Origin: Kineococcus radiotolerans SRS30216 = ATCC BAA-149
GTDB taxonomy: Bacteria; Actinomycetota; Actinomycetes; Actinomycetales; Kineococcaceae
Assembly (NCBI RefSeq): GCF_000017305.1
Contig: NC_009664.2
Coordinates: 420,001-452,000 of the forward strand
Direction of reading: 5' to 3'
DNA length: 32,000 nucleotides
A model generated the notes under the pieces. The model searched no databases and was not told the DNA's origin. It saw only the letters and a program-made list of their open reading frames with translations. Made by a program: the position numbers and the translations under genes. Numbering within the stretch: position 1 is the first letter of the stretch; each line of letters opens with the position of its first letter. Of this stretch, positions 1 through 8,172 are shown piece after piece.

Positions 1-862
1 GGGTGGGGGTGGTGGCGGCCAGGTGGGCCCGCAGGTGGTGGTCGTGGCGCTCCTCGGGGACCCCGGGGCTGCTGAACGGCGGGAGGGGCAGCTCCCCGGG
101 CAGCAGGTGGGTCGGGGGGTCGACGTCGACGGCGGGACGGCACGCGGGGCACTCGGGCGGTGCGGTGGTCCACACCCCCAGCGCCTCCTCGCCGGGGTCG
201 GGCAGCCGCCCCAGGGGGTGCACCCGCAGCAGCAGGACCTCCAGCCCGGCGCGCTGGCAGGCCTCGACGGTCCGGCGCCGGGCGGCGCCGAGGGGGGCGC
301 CGGCGGGGACGACGGCGACCAGGCAGGGCCGGTCCGGGAAGCGCCCGGTGGTGTCGGCGGGCGCGCCCGCGGGCCAGCTGAGGTGCTCGGGCCAGCCGCT
401 GCGCCGTCCCCGCCAGTCCTGCCCGGCCCAGCGCAGCAGGTCCAGCAGGACGGGGGCGGGGACCACGTCGAGGAGGGTGTGCACGGCGCGCCGGTCGCAG
501 TCGTCGTCGGGGACGGCCCGCCCGGCCAGGGCGGCGCGGCGCCCGGCGCTGGCGTCCCACGCCCGCCGCACCCGCGCGTGCAGCTGCGCGGGGTCGGCGG
601 GCAGGTCGGCGGGCAGGTCCACGGACCGGCTCCCCGCGGAGTCGTCGTCACCGTCCTCGGCCAGGGCGCCGAGCAGGTGGCCCAGGACGGCGGGGCCGAA
701 GGCCATGACGTGCCGCTGCCGGGCCAGCAGGTGGGCGACGCCGTAGCGCTGGGGGGACAGGGCGGTGCGGGGGTCGTCCTCGGGGGTGGCCAGCAGGGAG
801 TCCCGCCCGTCCAGCGTCCAGGCGAACAGGTCCTCGGTGGGGACGACGAGTCGCGCTGGCAC
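1..862 (-). CDS. hypothetical protein; the C-terminal end runs off the left edge of the window
   Basis: The minus-strand frame is open from GTG at 862..860 to the window edge. I checked the first ~300 nt triplet by triplet and found no stop. Third codon positions are almost all G/C (GTG CCA GCG CGA CTC GTC GTC CCC ACC GAG GAC CTG...). It is missing from the ORF track only because it has no stop inside the window. The + strand ORFs 3..746 and 23..1123 are Arg/Gly/Pro-rich shadows. I recognise no family. Confidence 0.55.
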   Translation of the reverse strand, partial: MPARLVVPTEDLFAWTLDGRDSLLATPEDDPRTALSPQRYGVAHLLARQRHVMAFGPAVLGHLLGALAEDGDDDSAGSRSVDLPADLPADPAQLHARVRRAWDASAGRRAALAGRAVPDDDCDRRAVHTLLDVVPAPVLLDLLRWAGQDWRGRRSGWPEHLSWPAGAPADTTGRFPDRPCLVAVVPAGAPLGAARRRTVEACQRAGLEVLLLRVHPLGRLPDPGEEALGVWTTAPPECPACRPAVDVDPPTHLLPGELPLPPFSSPGVPEERHDHHLRAHLAATTPT

Positions 863-909
863 GGGCGCACGGTAGCCGCCCGGCTCCCGGCGCGGGCGCG
901 GGCCGCCGC

Positions 910-1587
910 TCAGGACGGCCGCAGCAGGGCGGTGAGCAGCGCGATCCGCTCGGGGTCCAGGGTGCCGGCGCGGTGGGCGTCGGCGATCTCCGCCCCGCTG
1001 AGGCCGGCGCGGGCGGCGGCGAGCACGAGGGCGAGGTCGAGGCCGGGGTCCGGGCGGGCGGGGTCCGGGGCGGTGAGCGCGGGCCCCAGGCGGGCGGCGA
1101 GGTCGTCGCGGACGAGGGCGTAGGCCAGGACCTCGGCGGGGTCGAGGACGCGGCGGTGGCCGGTGAGGACCTGCCGGGCGCGCAGGACGCCGGTGGGGTC
1201 GCCGACGCGCAGGGCCCGGCCGTCGAGGTGGGTCGCCACGACGCGGGTGCCCAGGGCGGCGACCTCGACGTGGTGGCCGGTGGTGGCGGCCACCGCGGGC
1301 AGGAGGAGGTGGCGGTGCAGGTCGGCGTGGGCGGCGGGCCAGTCGAAGGGCGGCTGGTCGCCGGTGTCGACGTGGCGGTGGTGGGCGGCGGTCAGGCCGG
1401 TGCGGCGGGCCGGCCCGGCGAGGGGGCCGCCCGCCGCGGCCCGCCAGGCGGCCCAGAGGACGGGGGGGACCCCCCAGTGCGGGTCGGGGCGGGCGGGGGG
1501 CGGGGCGAGCAGGTCGAGGCCCTCGAGGACGAACGGCTCCCGGGGCGGCCCGGGGCGGGGGCGGCGGTGACGCCTGCGGGCGGGCAC
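910..1587 (-). CDS. hypothetical protein (225 aa)
   Basis: Track ORF 910..1587. GC3 is near 100% when read by hand. It stops 48 bp upstream of the next minus-strand gene, suggesting an operon. GTG 1587 is the only upstream ATG/GTG start I could find. No family recognised. Confidence 0.55.
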   Translation of the reverse strand: MPARRRHRRPRPGPPREPFVLEGLDLLAPPPARPDPHWGVPPVLWAAWRAAAGGPLAGPARRTGLTAAHHRHVDTGDQPPFDWPAAHADLHRHLLLPAVAATTGHHVEVAALGTRVVATHLDGRALRVGDPTGVLRARQVLTGHRRVLDPAEVLAYALVRDDLAARLGPALTAPDPARPDPGLDLALVLAAARAGLSGAEIADAHRAGTLDPERIALLTALLRPS

Positions 1588-1589
1588 CC

Positions 1590-2351
1590 GTGGAGGCTAC
1601 GTCGGAGCCGGGTGCGAGGGTGCCCGGCGTGGACCGCTCCGACGAGCCCGACCGCGGCGGGGCCCTCCCGCCCGGGTCCCTCCCGCCCGGGGCGCTGCCC
1701 CGCCGCGGGGAGCCCCTGCCCGCGCGCTGGGGCGAGCTGCCCTGGCCGCGACCGACCCCGGCGGCACTGGTGACCGTGCTCGCCCGCGCGGTGCGGCCCC
1801 CCGGCGCCGACGACCTGCCGCCCTCTCCGGCGCGGGCGGGGGGCGCGCCCGGCCCGTGGCCCGCCCGCCGGGTCCCCGGCCGGCCGGGGACCGTCCGCGG
1901 CGCGTCCCGGCCCGCCCCGGCGGTGGACCCCGCGGAGCTGCCCGAGTACGCCCGGGTGCGGGCCGCGACGGGGGTCGCGGCCCTGTCGGAGGCGGAGCTC
2001 GACGACGACGAGGCCTTCCGCGCCGAGGTGTGGCTGCGGGCGTGGGTGCGGGCGCACCGCTCCCCCGCCGTGCGGGCCTGGCTGCGGGCCCGCCACCCCG
2101 ACCTGGCCCCGGAGGCGGTCACGCGGGCGGCGCGGGAGGTGAGCCTGCCCCTCGCGCTGGCCGTGGTCGACGTGGAGGTCGTCGTCGTCGCCCTGCGCGA
2201 GGGCTGGGACGACGCGTGGACGGCCGCGGTGCAGGAGGCGGGGTTCGGGGCGCAGGAGGCACGGGCGCTGCACGGGCGCGAGGACGCCTGGGCCGTGGTG
2301 GACACCGTCCTCGCCCTCACCGGGGCCGGGGCGGGCCGCCCCGGCCGGTGA
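1590..2351 (+). CDS. hypothetical protein (up to 253 aa; low-complexity Pro/Arg/Gly N-terminus, helical acidic C-terminal half)
   Basis: Track ORF 1590..2351. The frame has G/C-ending codons throughout (GCG GTG GAC CCC GCG GAG CTG CCC GAG TAC...). The start is uncertain: in-frame alternative GTGs lie at about 1620 and 1629. It converges on the VWA gene with a 9-bp gap. Confidence 0.5.
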   Translation: MEATSEPGARVPGVDRSDEPDRGGALPPGSLPPGALPRRGEPLPARWGELPWPRPTPAALVTVLARAVRPPGADDLPPSPARAGGAPGPWPARRVPGRPGTVRGASRPAPAVDPAELPEYARVRAATGVAALSEAELDDDEAFRAEVWLRAWVRAHRSPAVRAWLRARHPDLAPEAVTRAAREVSLPLALAVVDVEVVVVALREGWDDAWTAAVQEAGFGAQEARALHGREDAWAVVDTVLALTGAGAGRPGR

Positions 2352-2360
2352 GCGGGCGGC

Positions 2361-4754
2361 TCAGCCCCGGCGCGGGTCCCGCCCGGCCCCGGCGGGCACG
2401 ACGATGGTGTGCATCCAGGCCGGGACGCCCTCCCGCTCCCCGTCCAGGAGCAGCACGACGTAGCGGGCGTCGGGGTTCTCCGGTGGTGGCGCCGCCGGCC
2501 ACGGGGTGTCCCCGTCGGTCATCGTGATGACGAGGTCGAACCGGGGACGGGCCCGGGCCGCGGCCCGCAGCCCCTCCCGCATGTCGGTGCCGCCACCGCC
2601 GACCATCCGCACCTCGCTCATCGAGCGCACCGTGCGCGGCGCCGAGGCCGCCGCGTCGCAGGCGATGACCGTGACGCCCTCCCCGCGGCAGCGGCGCACC
2701 ACGACCGCGGTCTCGGCGTGCACCCGGCTCAGCATCGCGTCGCTGATGGAGCCGGAGGTGTCCACGACCGCCGCGACGCGCGGGGGCCGCGGCTGGCGCA
2801 TCGCGGGCATGACGACGCCGGGGAAGGACGCGGCCCGCCGCGAGGGGCGGGCGTAGGAGTAGTCCCTGACCCCGGCGACGTTGGCGCTGACGCGGCGGGT
2901 GACGCTGTCGAGCTCCCGGCGCCAGTCCACCTCCGGTTCCAGGACGAGGGTGGCCCAGCGCTGCCACCCGGCGGGGACGCTGCCGCAGCTGCGGGCGTGC
3001 TCCAGCACCGCGCGGGCGGTCTGCTGCCGGATCAGCTCCGCCCGGCCCGCGTCGACGCTGCCGTCGTCGCGACCCTCGGCGTCGGTGCCGGACTCGTCCT
3101 GCTCCCAGGCCCGCCGGGGCCCGCCCGCGCCGGAACCGCAGTCGTCGCCGTCGTCACCGTCGTCGCCGTGGTCCTTGTCCCCGTCGCCGGGCCCCGGCGC
3201 GTCCTCCCCCGCCGCCGCGGGGGGGACGTCCGCCGGGTCGGTGTCCTCGCCCGCCGCGTCCGCCCCGAGGCCCGGGGAGGCCGGGGCGGGCGCGCCGCGT
3301 CCGCCGACGGTCAGGGTGGCGAGCGCCTGCTCGTCCCCGGTGGTGAGGACGACGGCGTAGCGCCCCACGTCCAGGGGCCGCAGGAGCGGGACGTGCGCCA
3401 CCGAGGGGCTGCGCACCTCCAGCGGCCCGGTCGCCGCGACCACCTCGGCGGGCTCCCGGGCGGGGTCGAGGACGGCGAGGGTGCTGGTGGCGTCCACGAC
3501 GAGGTCGTCGGTGGTGACGGCGAGGGTCAGCGGGGTCCGGTGACCGGCGGGGAGGGTGGCCGGGTGCAGGGTCAGGAAGGGCCGGCCCACGGGCAGGACG
3601 GCCTGGACGACCTCCGGGCCGGTGGTGGCGCGGACCCGGTGGGTGCCCTCGGGGACCTCGGCGAGGTCGACGGCGAGGTGGGTGGCGCTGACGTGCTCGA
3701 CGCCGGCGACGACGTCGAGGGGGCGCCCGGCGGCGTCGAGGACCTCCACGCGGGAGGTGGCGTCGAAGCGGGTGCCGTCGCCGACGAGGACGACCCGCGC
3801 GGGGCTGCCGTGGCCGCGGACGAGGTGGTCCGGGCGCAGCCGCAGGGTGGGCGTGGTGATCGTGAACCCCGTCCGGGCCCGCTCCTCGCCGCGGGCGACG
3901 ACGACGTCGTAGCGCCCCGGCGGGAGGCGGGTCCCGAGGGTGAACGACCCCTGGCGGGGGCCGCGCACGCGCAGGGCGCCGAGGGCGGGGGTCCCGTCCT
4001 CGCCGGTGACCGGCTCGCCGTCGTCCCCGTGGTCCCCGCCGTCCCCGTCCCGGCCGCTGTCCCGGGCGGGGCGGGGGTGGTGGTGGAGGGTGACCGTCGT
4101 GGAGGCGTCCAGGAGCGGCTCGCGGGTGAAGCAGAGGACGTCGGCGGGCAGGGCGTCGTCGTGGCGGAGGGTGTCGGGCAGCAGGAGCAGGCCGGGGCCG
4201 GGTCCGGCGGGGCGCTGCCCGGCGGGGCCCTGCAGCAGCAGCCGGTAGAGCTGCTCGGCGGTCGAGCCCTCCTCCGCGCCGGGGACCTGCTCGGGGAACC
4301 AGGCCCCCACCGGCGGCGGCTGCACCCCGGCGGCGCGCAGGTCGGCGTTGACGGCGCAGTCGGCGGCGCGGTTCCACAGCCCGGCGCGCGCGGCGGGTTC
4401 GGCGAGGTCGCGGAACCGTTCGGCGTGCCGGCGCAGGGGGTGGCCGACCTCGTGCAGCCAGGCCCCGGCGACCTGTTCGACGGTGAGGGTGGCGATGAAC
4501 CCGGGGTGGTAGGTCATCCGCCAGCGGGTGTCGATGGCGAGGGTGGGCACCCGCGTGCTGGGGACGGCCTTCACCGCGTAGAGCGCGTCCGCCAGGTACG
4601 GCATGAGCTCGGTGGCCCGGGCGCGGCCGGCGGCCAGCCGCAGCCCGGCCCGGCGCAGGAGGTCCTCGTCGGGCGGGGCGTCGCCGGCGCGGCCCGGCGG
4701 GGTCGGGCGCGGGGCGCGGCCGGGCGGGGCGGGGCGGGGGACGGGGCGCGGCAC
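2361..4754 (-). CDS. VWA-domain / putative Zn-metallopeptidase protein (DUF2201-type architecture) with a large beta-rich repeat insert
   Basis: 797 aa. The N-terminal region has HEVGH (HExxH, residues 101-105) followed by NRAADCAVNADL. The C-terminal region has the VWA MIDAS elements VVDTSGS (DxSGS, residues 665-669), GGGGTDM and ITMTDGDT. Residues ~180-545 lie between these two domains and are extra. Its GTG start lies 3 nt after the upstream ATPase stop. Confidence 0.8.
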   Translation of the reverse strand: MPRPVPRPAPPGRAPRPTPPGRAGDAPPDEDLLRRAGLRLAAGRARATELMPYLADALYAVKAVPSTRVPTLAIDTRWRMTYHPGFIATLTVEQVAGAWLHEVGHPLRRHAERFRDLAEPAARAGLWNRAADCAVNADLRAAGVQPPPVGAWFPEQVPGAEEGSTAEQLYRLLLQGPAGQRPAGPGPGLLLLPDTLRHDDALPADVLCFTREPLLDASTTVTLHHHPRPARDSGRDGDGGDHGDDGEPVTGEDGTPALGALRVRGPRQGSFTLGTRLPPGRYDVVVARGEERARTGFTITTPTLRLRPDHLVRGHGSPARVVLVGDGTRFDATSRVEVLDAAGRPLDVVAGVEHVSATHLAVDLAEVPEGTHRVRATTGPEVVQAVLPVGRPFLTLHPATLPAGHRTPLTLAVTTDDLVVDATSTLAVLDPAREPAEVVAATGPLEVRSPSVAHVPLLRPLDVGRYAVVLTTGDEQALATLTVGGRGAPAPASPGLGADAAGEDTDPADVPPAAAGEDAPGPGDGDKDHGDDGDDGDDCGSGAGGPRRAWEQDESGTDAEGRDDGSVDAGRAELIRQQTARAVLEHARSCGSVPAGWQRWATLVLEPEVDWRRELDSVTRRVSANVAGVRDYSYARPSRRAASFPGVVMPAMRQPRPPRVAAVVDTSGSISDAMLSRVHAETAVVVRRCRGEGVTVIACDAAASAPRTVRSMSEVRMVGGGGTDMREGLRAAARARPRFDLVITMTDGDTPWPAAPPPENPDARYVVLLLDGEREGVPAWMHTIVVPAGAGRDPRRG

Positions 4755-4757
4755 GGC

Positions 4758-5912
4758 TCAGCCCCGGCCCTGGCCCTGGCCCTGGCCCTGGAGGAGGTCC
4801 AGCTCCCGCAGGATGGGGGCCAGCCCCCGCACGATCCGCTCGGTGGGCATCGCCCCGCTCGGGCGCGCCGCCGCCCACCGCCGCCCGTGGGAGAACGCGA
4901 TGTCGGCGCTGCCGGCGTCGGCGATGGCGGCCAGGACGGTGCCGCAGTTGACCCACCGCTCCGGGGTGTTCCGCGCGGCCGTGGCCGCCCACACCGACGC
5001 CGCGACGGCGTAGGTCCGGTCGGTGCGGCGGCGGTCCACGACGTAGGAGTCGGGGTCGGCGAGCAGGGTCTCGGGGTCGGGCAGGTCCAGCTCGCGCAGG
5101 TAGTTGAGGAACATCCCGCCCGCGCTGATGCCGACGGTGCCGGCCACGAGCATCGTCACGACCGTGCTGTTGGCCCCCGCGGCCCGGGCGAAGGCGTGCA
5201 GGCGGGCGGCCATCTCCCACGAGCGGGGCGTGGGGAAGGCGCGCCCGGCCTCCTCGGAGGAGCGGGGCAGCTGGGTGACGAGCTCGGGCCGGGAGCCCAG
5301 GAAGACCCCGACCAGGGCGAGGGTCCGGGTCAGCAGGGCCGCGACCTCGCTGTCGTCCACCGCGGGGACCGCCACGGCCGGCCACCCCGTGCTGAACCCC
5401 TCCCGCACGGTGTCCGCGTCCAGCTCCCAGCTGAGGTGGACGAAGCGGTTGGCGACCGGCGGGGCGAGGTCCCACCCGTCGGCGGCGACGTCGGGCGGGT
5501 TGGCGGCGGCGACGGTCCGCACGCCCTCGGGCAGGCGCAGGTCCCCCACCACCCCCTCGAGGATGGGCCGCAGCAGCGCCGCCTGGGTGGCCGGCGGCGC
5601 GGTGGAGACCTCGTCGTAGAACTGGATGCCGAGGCGGCCCTCCTCCACCACCGCGTCGCGCAGGCGCACCGCCCAGGACGGGGCGGCCAGGGAGGCGGTG
5701 CGGGTCACGGGGTCCACGACGGGCAGCCCGGCGAAGTCGCTGGGCTCGCGGATGGAGGCGATGACGGTCTCCAGGTGGGCGTCCAGGCCCCGGGCCAGCT
5801 CCTGCACCACCGAGGACTTCCCCTGCCCGGGCGGCCCCCACAGGATCACCGGGACGTCGGCGAGCAGGGCGACACCCAGGGCGGTGCAGGTGTCGGTGTG
5901 GCGCTGGCTCAT
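4758..5912 (-). CDS. MoxR-class AAA+ ATPase (AAA_5-like)
   Basis: Walker A is ILWGPPGQGKSS and Walker B is IQFYDEVS. I place the start at ATG 5912..5910 (MSQRHTD...) because GGAGGA lies 8 nt upstream. The track ORF start at 5954 has no such site. The C-terminus is (GQ)n. Confidence 0.85.
   Translation of the reverse strand: MSQRHTDTCTALGVALLADVPVILWGPPGQGKSSVVQELARGLDAHLETVIASIREPSDFAGLPVVDPVTRTASLAAPSWAVRLRDAVVEEGRLGIQFYDEVSTAPPATQAALLRPILEGVVGDLRLPEGVRTVAAANPPDVAADGWDLAPPVANRFVHLSWELDADTVREGFSTGWPAVAVPAVDDSEVAALLTRTLALVGVFLGSRPELVTQLPRSSEEAGRAFPTPRSWEMAARLHAFARAAGANSTVVTMLVAGTVGISAGGMFLNYLRELDLPDPETLLADPDSYVVDRRRTDRTYAVAASVWAATAARNTPERWVNCGTVLAAIADAGSADIAFSHGRRWAAARPSGAMPTERIVRGLAPILRELDLLQGQGQGQGRG
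4766..4789. repeat. hexanucleotide microsatellite (GGCCCT)x4
   Basis: Direct reading: ggccct ggccct ggccct ggccct. It encodes the (QG)4 tail of the ATPase, just before its stop and the downstream VWA start. Confidence 0.95.
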
Positions 5913-5991
5913 CCGGTGGTTCCTCCGAGCGGTGGCGTGGGGTGCTGCGCGCATTGTCCAGCCCCCGGTCCCGGCGGGTGAGACTGGTGGG

Positions 5992-7436
5992 GTGTGGCGG
6001 CGTGCGGGGGTGCGGGTCCGGTCGACGGTGGCGGCGACGGCCCTGCTGGCGGTGCTGGTGGCGGCCGGGGCGGTGACGGGGCTGCTGGTGCTGCGCTCGG
6101 CGCTCTACGGCGGGGCTGCGGAGACCGGCTCCGTGCAGGCGCGGCTGGTGCGGCTGTCGGTGACCGAGGAGGTCCTGGCGCAGGGCCCGGCGGGCGCGGA
6201 GGGGACGGGGGACCCGCTCCCGGCGCGGGAGGCGCTGGACGCCGCGGTGGGGGCGCGGGTGGACCGGGGCTCGCACGTCCAGGTGCTCGACGCCTCGGGG
6301 GCGGTGGTGGCGCGCAGCGCGCGGCTGGCGGGGCTGGCGGCGCTGTCCCCGGCGCGGCCGCCCTCGGCGGGCCAGGTCCAGGAGGTGGTGGCCCTGCCGC
6401 AGCTGGGCGGCCGGTCCCGGTGGGTGGTGACGGTGGTGGGCGCGGAGGTCGGGGACCGGCCCTTCTACGTGGTGGTGGCCGAGAGCACCGAGGACGCCGA
6501 CCGGGTGCTGCTGGTGGCGGCCGGGTTGCTGGCCGTGGGCTCCCCCCTGCTGCTGGCGGCGATCGCGGTGGCGACGTGGACGTTCGTGGGGCGCTCGCTG
6601 CGGCCGGTGGAGGCGATCCGGCGCACGGTGGAGGGCATCACCGCGCGGGGCCTGGACGGGCGGGTGCCCGTCCCCGTCGCCGAGGACGAGGTGAGCCGCC
6701 TGGCGCGGACGATCAACGAGGTGCTGGCCCGCCTGGAGCTGGCCCAGCGGGGGCAGCGGCGGTTCGTGGCCGACGCCAGCCACGAGCTGCGCAGCCCGGT
6801 GGCGACGTTGCGCGCGGCGGCGGAGGTGTGGGCGGGGGCGGGTGTCCCGGCGCCGTTCACGGCCCTGGTGCAGGCGGAGAGCGCGCGGCTGGAGGCGCTG
6901 GTCTCGGACCTGCTGGCGCTGGCCCGCGCCGACGAGGGGCGCGCGGTGCGGCAGTGGCAGGAGGTGGACCTCGACGAGGTGGTCGAGTCCGAGGCGGCGC
7001 GGCTGCGGGCGGTCGCCGGGTGCGCCGTGGTGGTCACCACCACCCCCGCGCGGGTGCGCGGCGACGCGGTGGCGCTGGCGCGGGCGGTGCGCAACCTCAG
7101 CGACAACGCGGTCCGCCACGCCGACTCCGCGGTCCGCCTGGAGCTGTCGGTGCGGGACGGGGAGGCGCTGCTGCGGGTCTGCGACGACGGTCCCGGCATC
7201 CCGGTCGGTGAGCGCGAGCGGGTCTTCGAGCGCTTCGTGCGCCTGGACGAGAGCCGTCAGCGCGGGTCCGGGGGGACGGGTCTGGGCCTGCCCATCGTGC
7301 GCGAGACGGTGGCCGCGCACGGGGGCACGGTGCAGGTGGAGGACTCCCCCGGCCGCGGCGCGGTCCTGGCCCTGCGGGTGCCGCTGGCCCCGCCGGACGC
7401 CCCGCCGGACGCCCCACCCGCGGACCGGGCCGGGGG

Positions 7437-7464
<28 letters not shown>
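5992..7464 (+). CDS. sensor histidine kinase (TM - extracytoplasmic loop - TM - HAMP - HisKA - HATPase_c)
   Basis: It lies in the frame of track ORF 5626..7464. The start is set at GTG 5992 (VWRRAGVRVRSTVAATALLAVLVAAG..., first TM helix). H-box is SHELRSPVATL, N-box is NLSDNAVRHA, G-box is GGTGLGLPIVRETVAAHGG. The C-terminal 28 aa are low complexity (PPDAPPDAPP...). Confidence 0.85.
7388..7415. repeat. 12-bp tandem duplication (ccccgccggacg x2.3)
   Basis: Direct reading. It encodes the PPDAPPDAPP stretch in the non-conserved tail of the kinase. Confidence 0.9.
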
Positions 7465-8114
<650 letters not shown>

Positions 8115-8144
8115 CCGCCCAGGCTAGCCGCCGCGGGCGGAGCC

Positions 8145-8168
8145 GGGCGGGCGCGGGCGGGCGCGGGC
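8145..8168. repeat. 10-bp tandem repeat (gggcgggcgc x2.4) in the gabP-RR spacer
   Basis: Direct reading of the 58-bp gap between the permease stop (8173) and the regulator start (8114). Confidence 0.85.
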
Positions 8169-8172
8169 CCCG

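Noticed and set aside
3-1123. The + strand ORFs 3..746, 23..1123 and 160..381 at the left edge.
   Set aside because: They are Arg/Gly/Pro-rich. The opposite strand carries a frame with near-perfect GC3 bias (called as <1..862 and 910..1587).
2335-2360. A 7-bp GC stem (GCCGCCC / GGGCGGC, 12-nt loop) between the convergent 1590..2351 and VWA genes.
   Set aside because: The stem is short, partly inside coding sequence, and not distinguishable from chance in this G+C background.
5626-5991. The 5' extension of the histidine-kinase ORF back to 5626.
   Set aside because: It would overlap the ATPase gene on the other strand, and it encodes low-complexity sequence. The first TM helix of the kinase begins right after GTG 5992.
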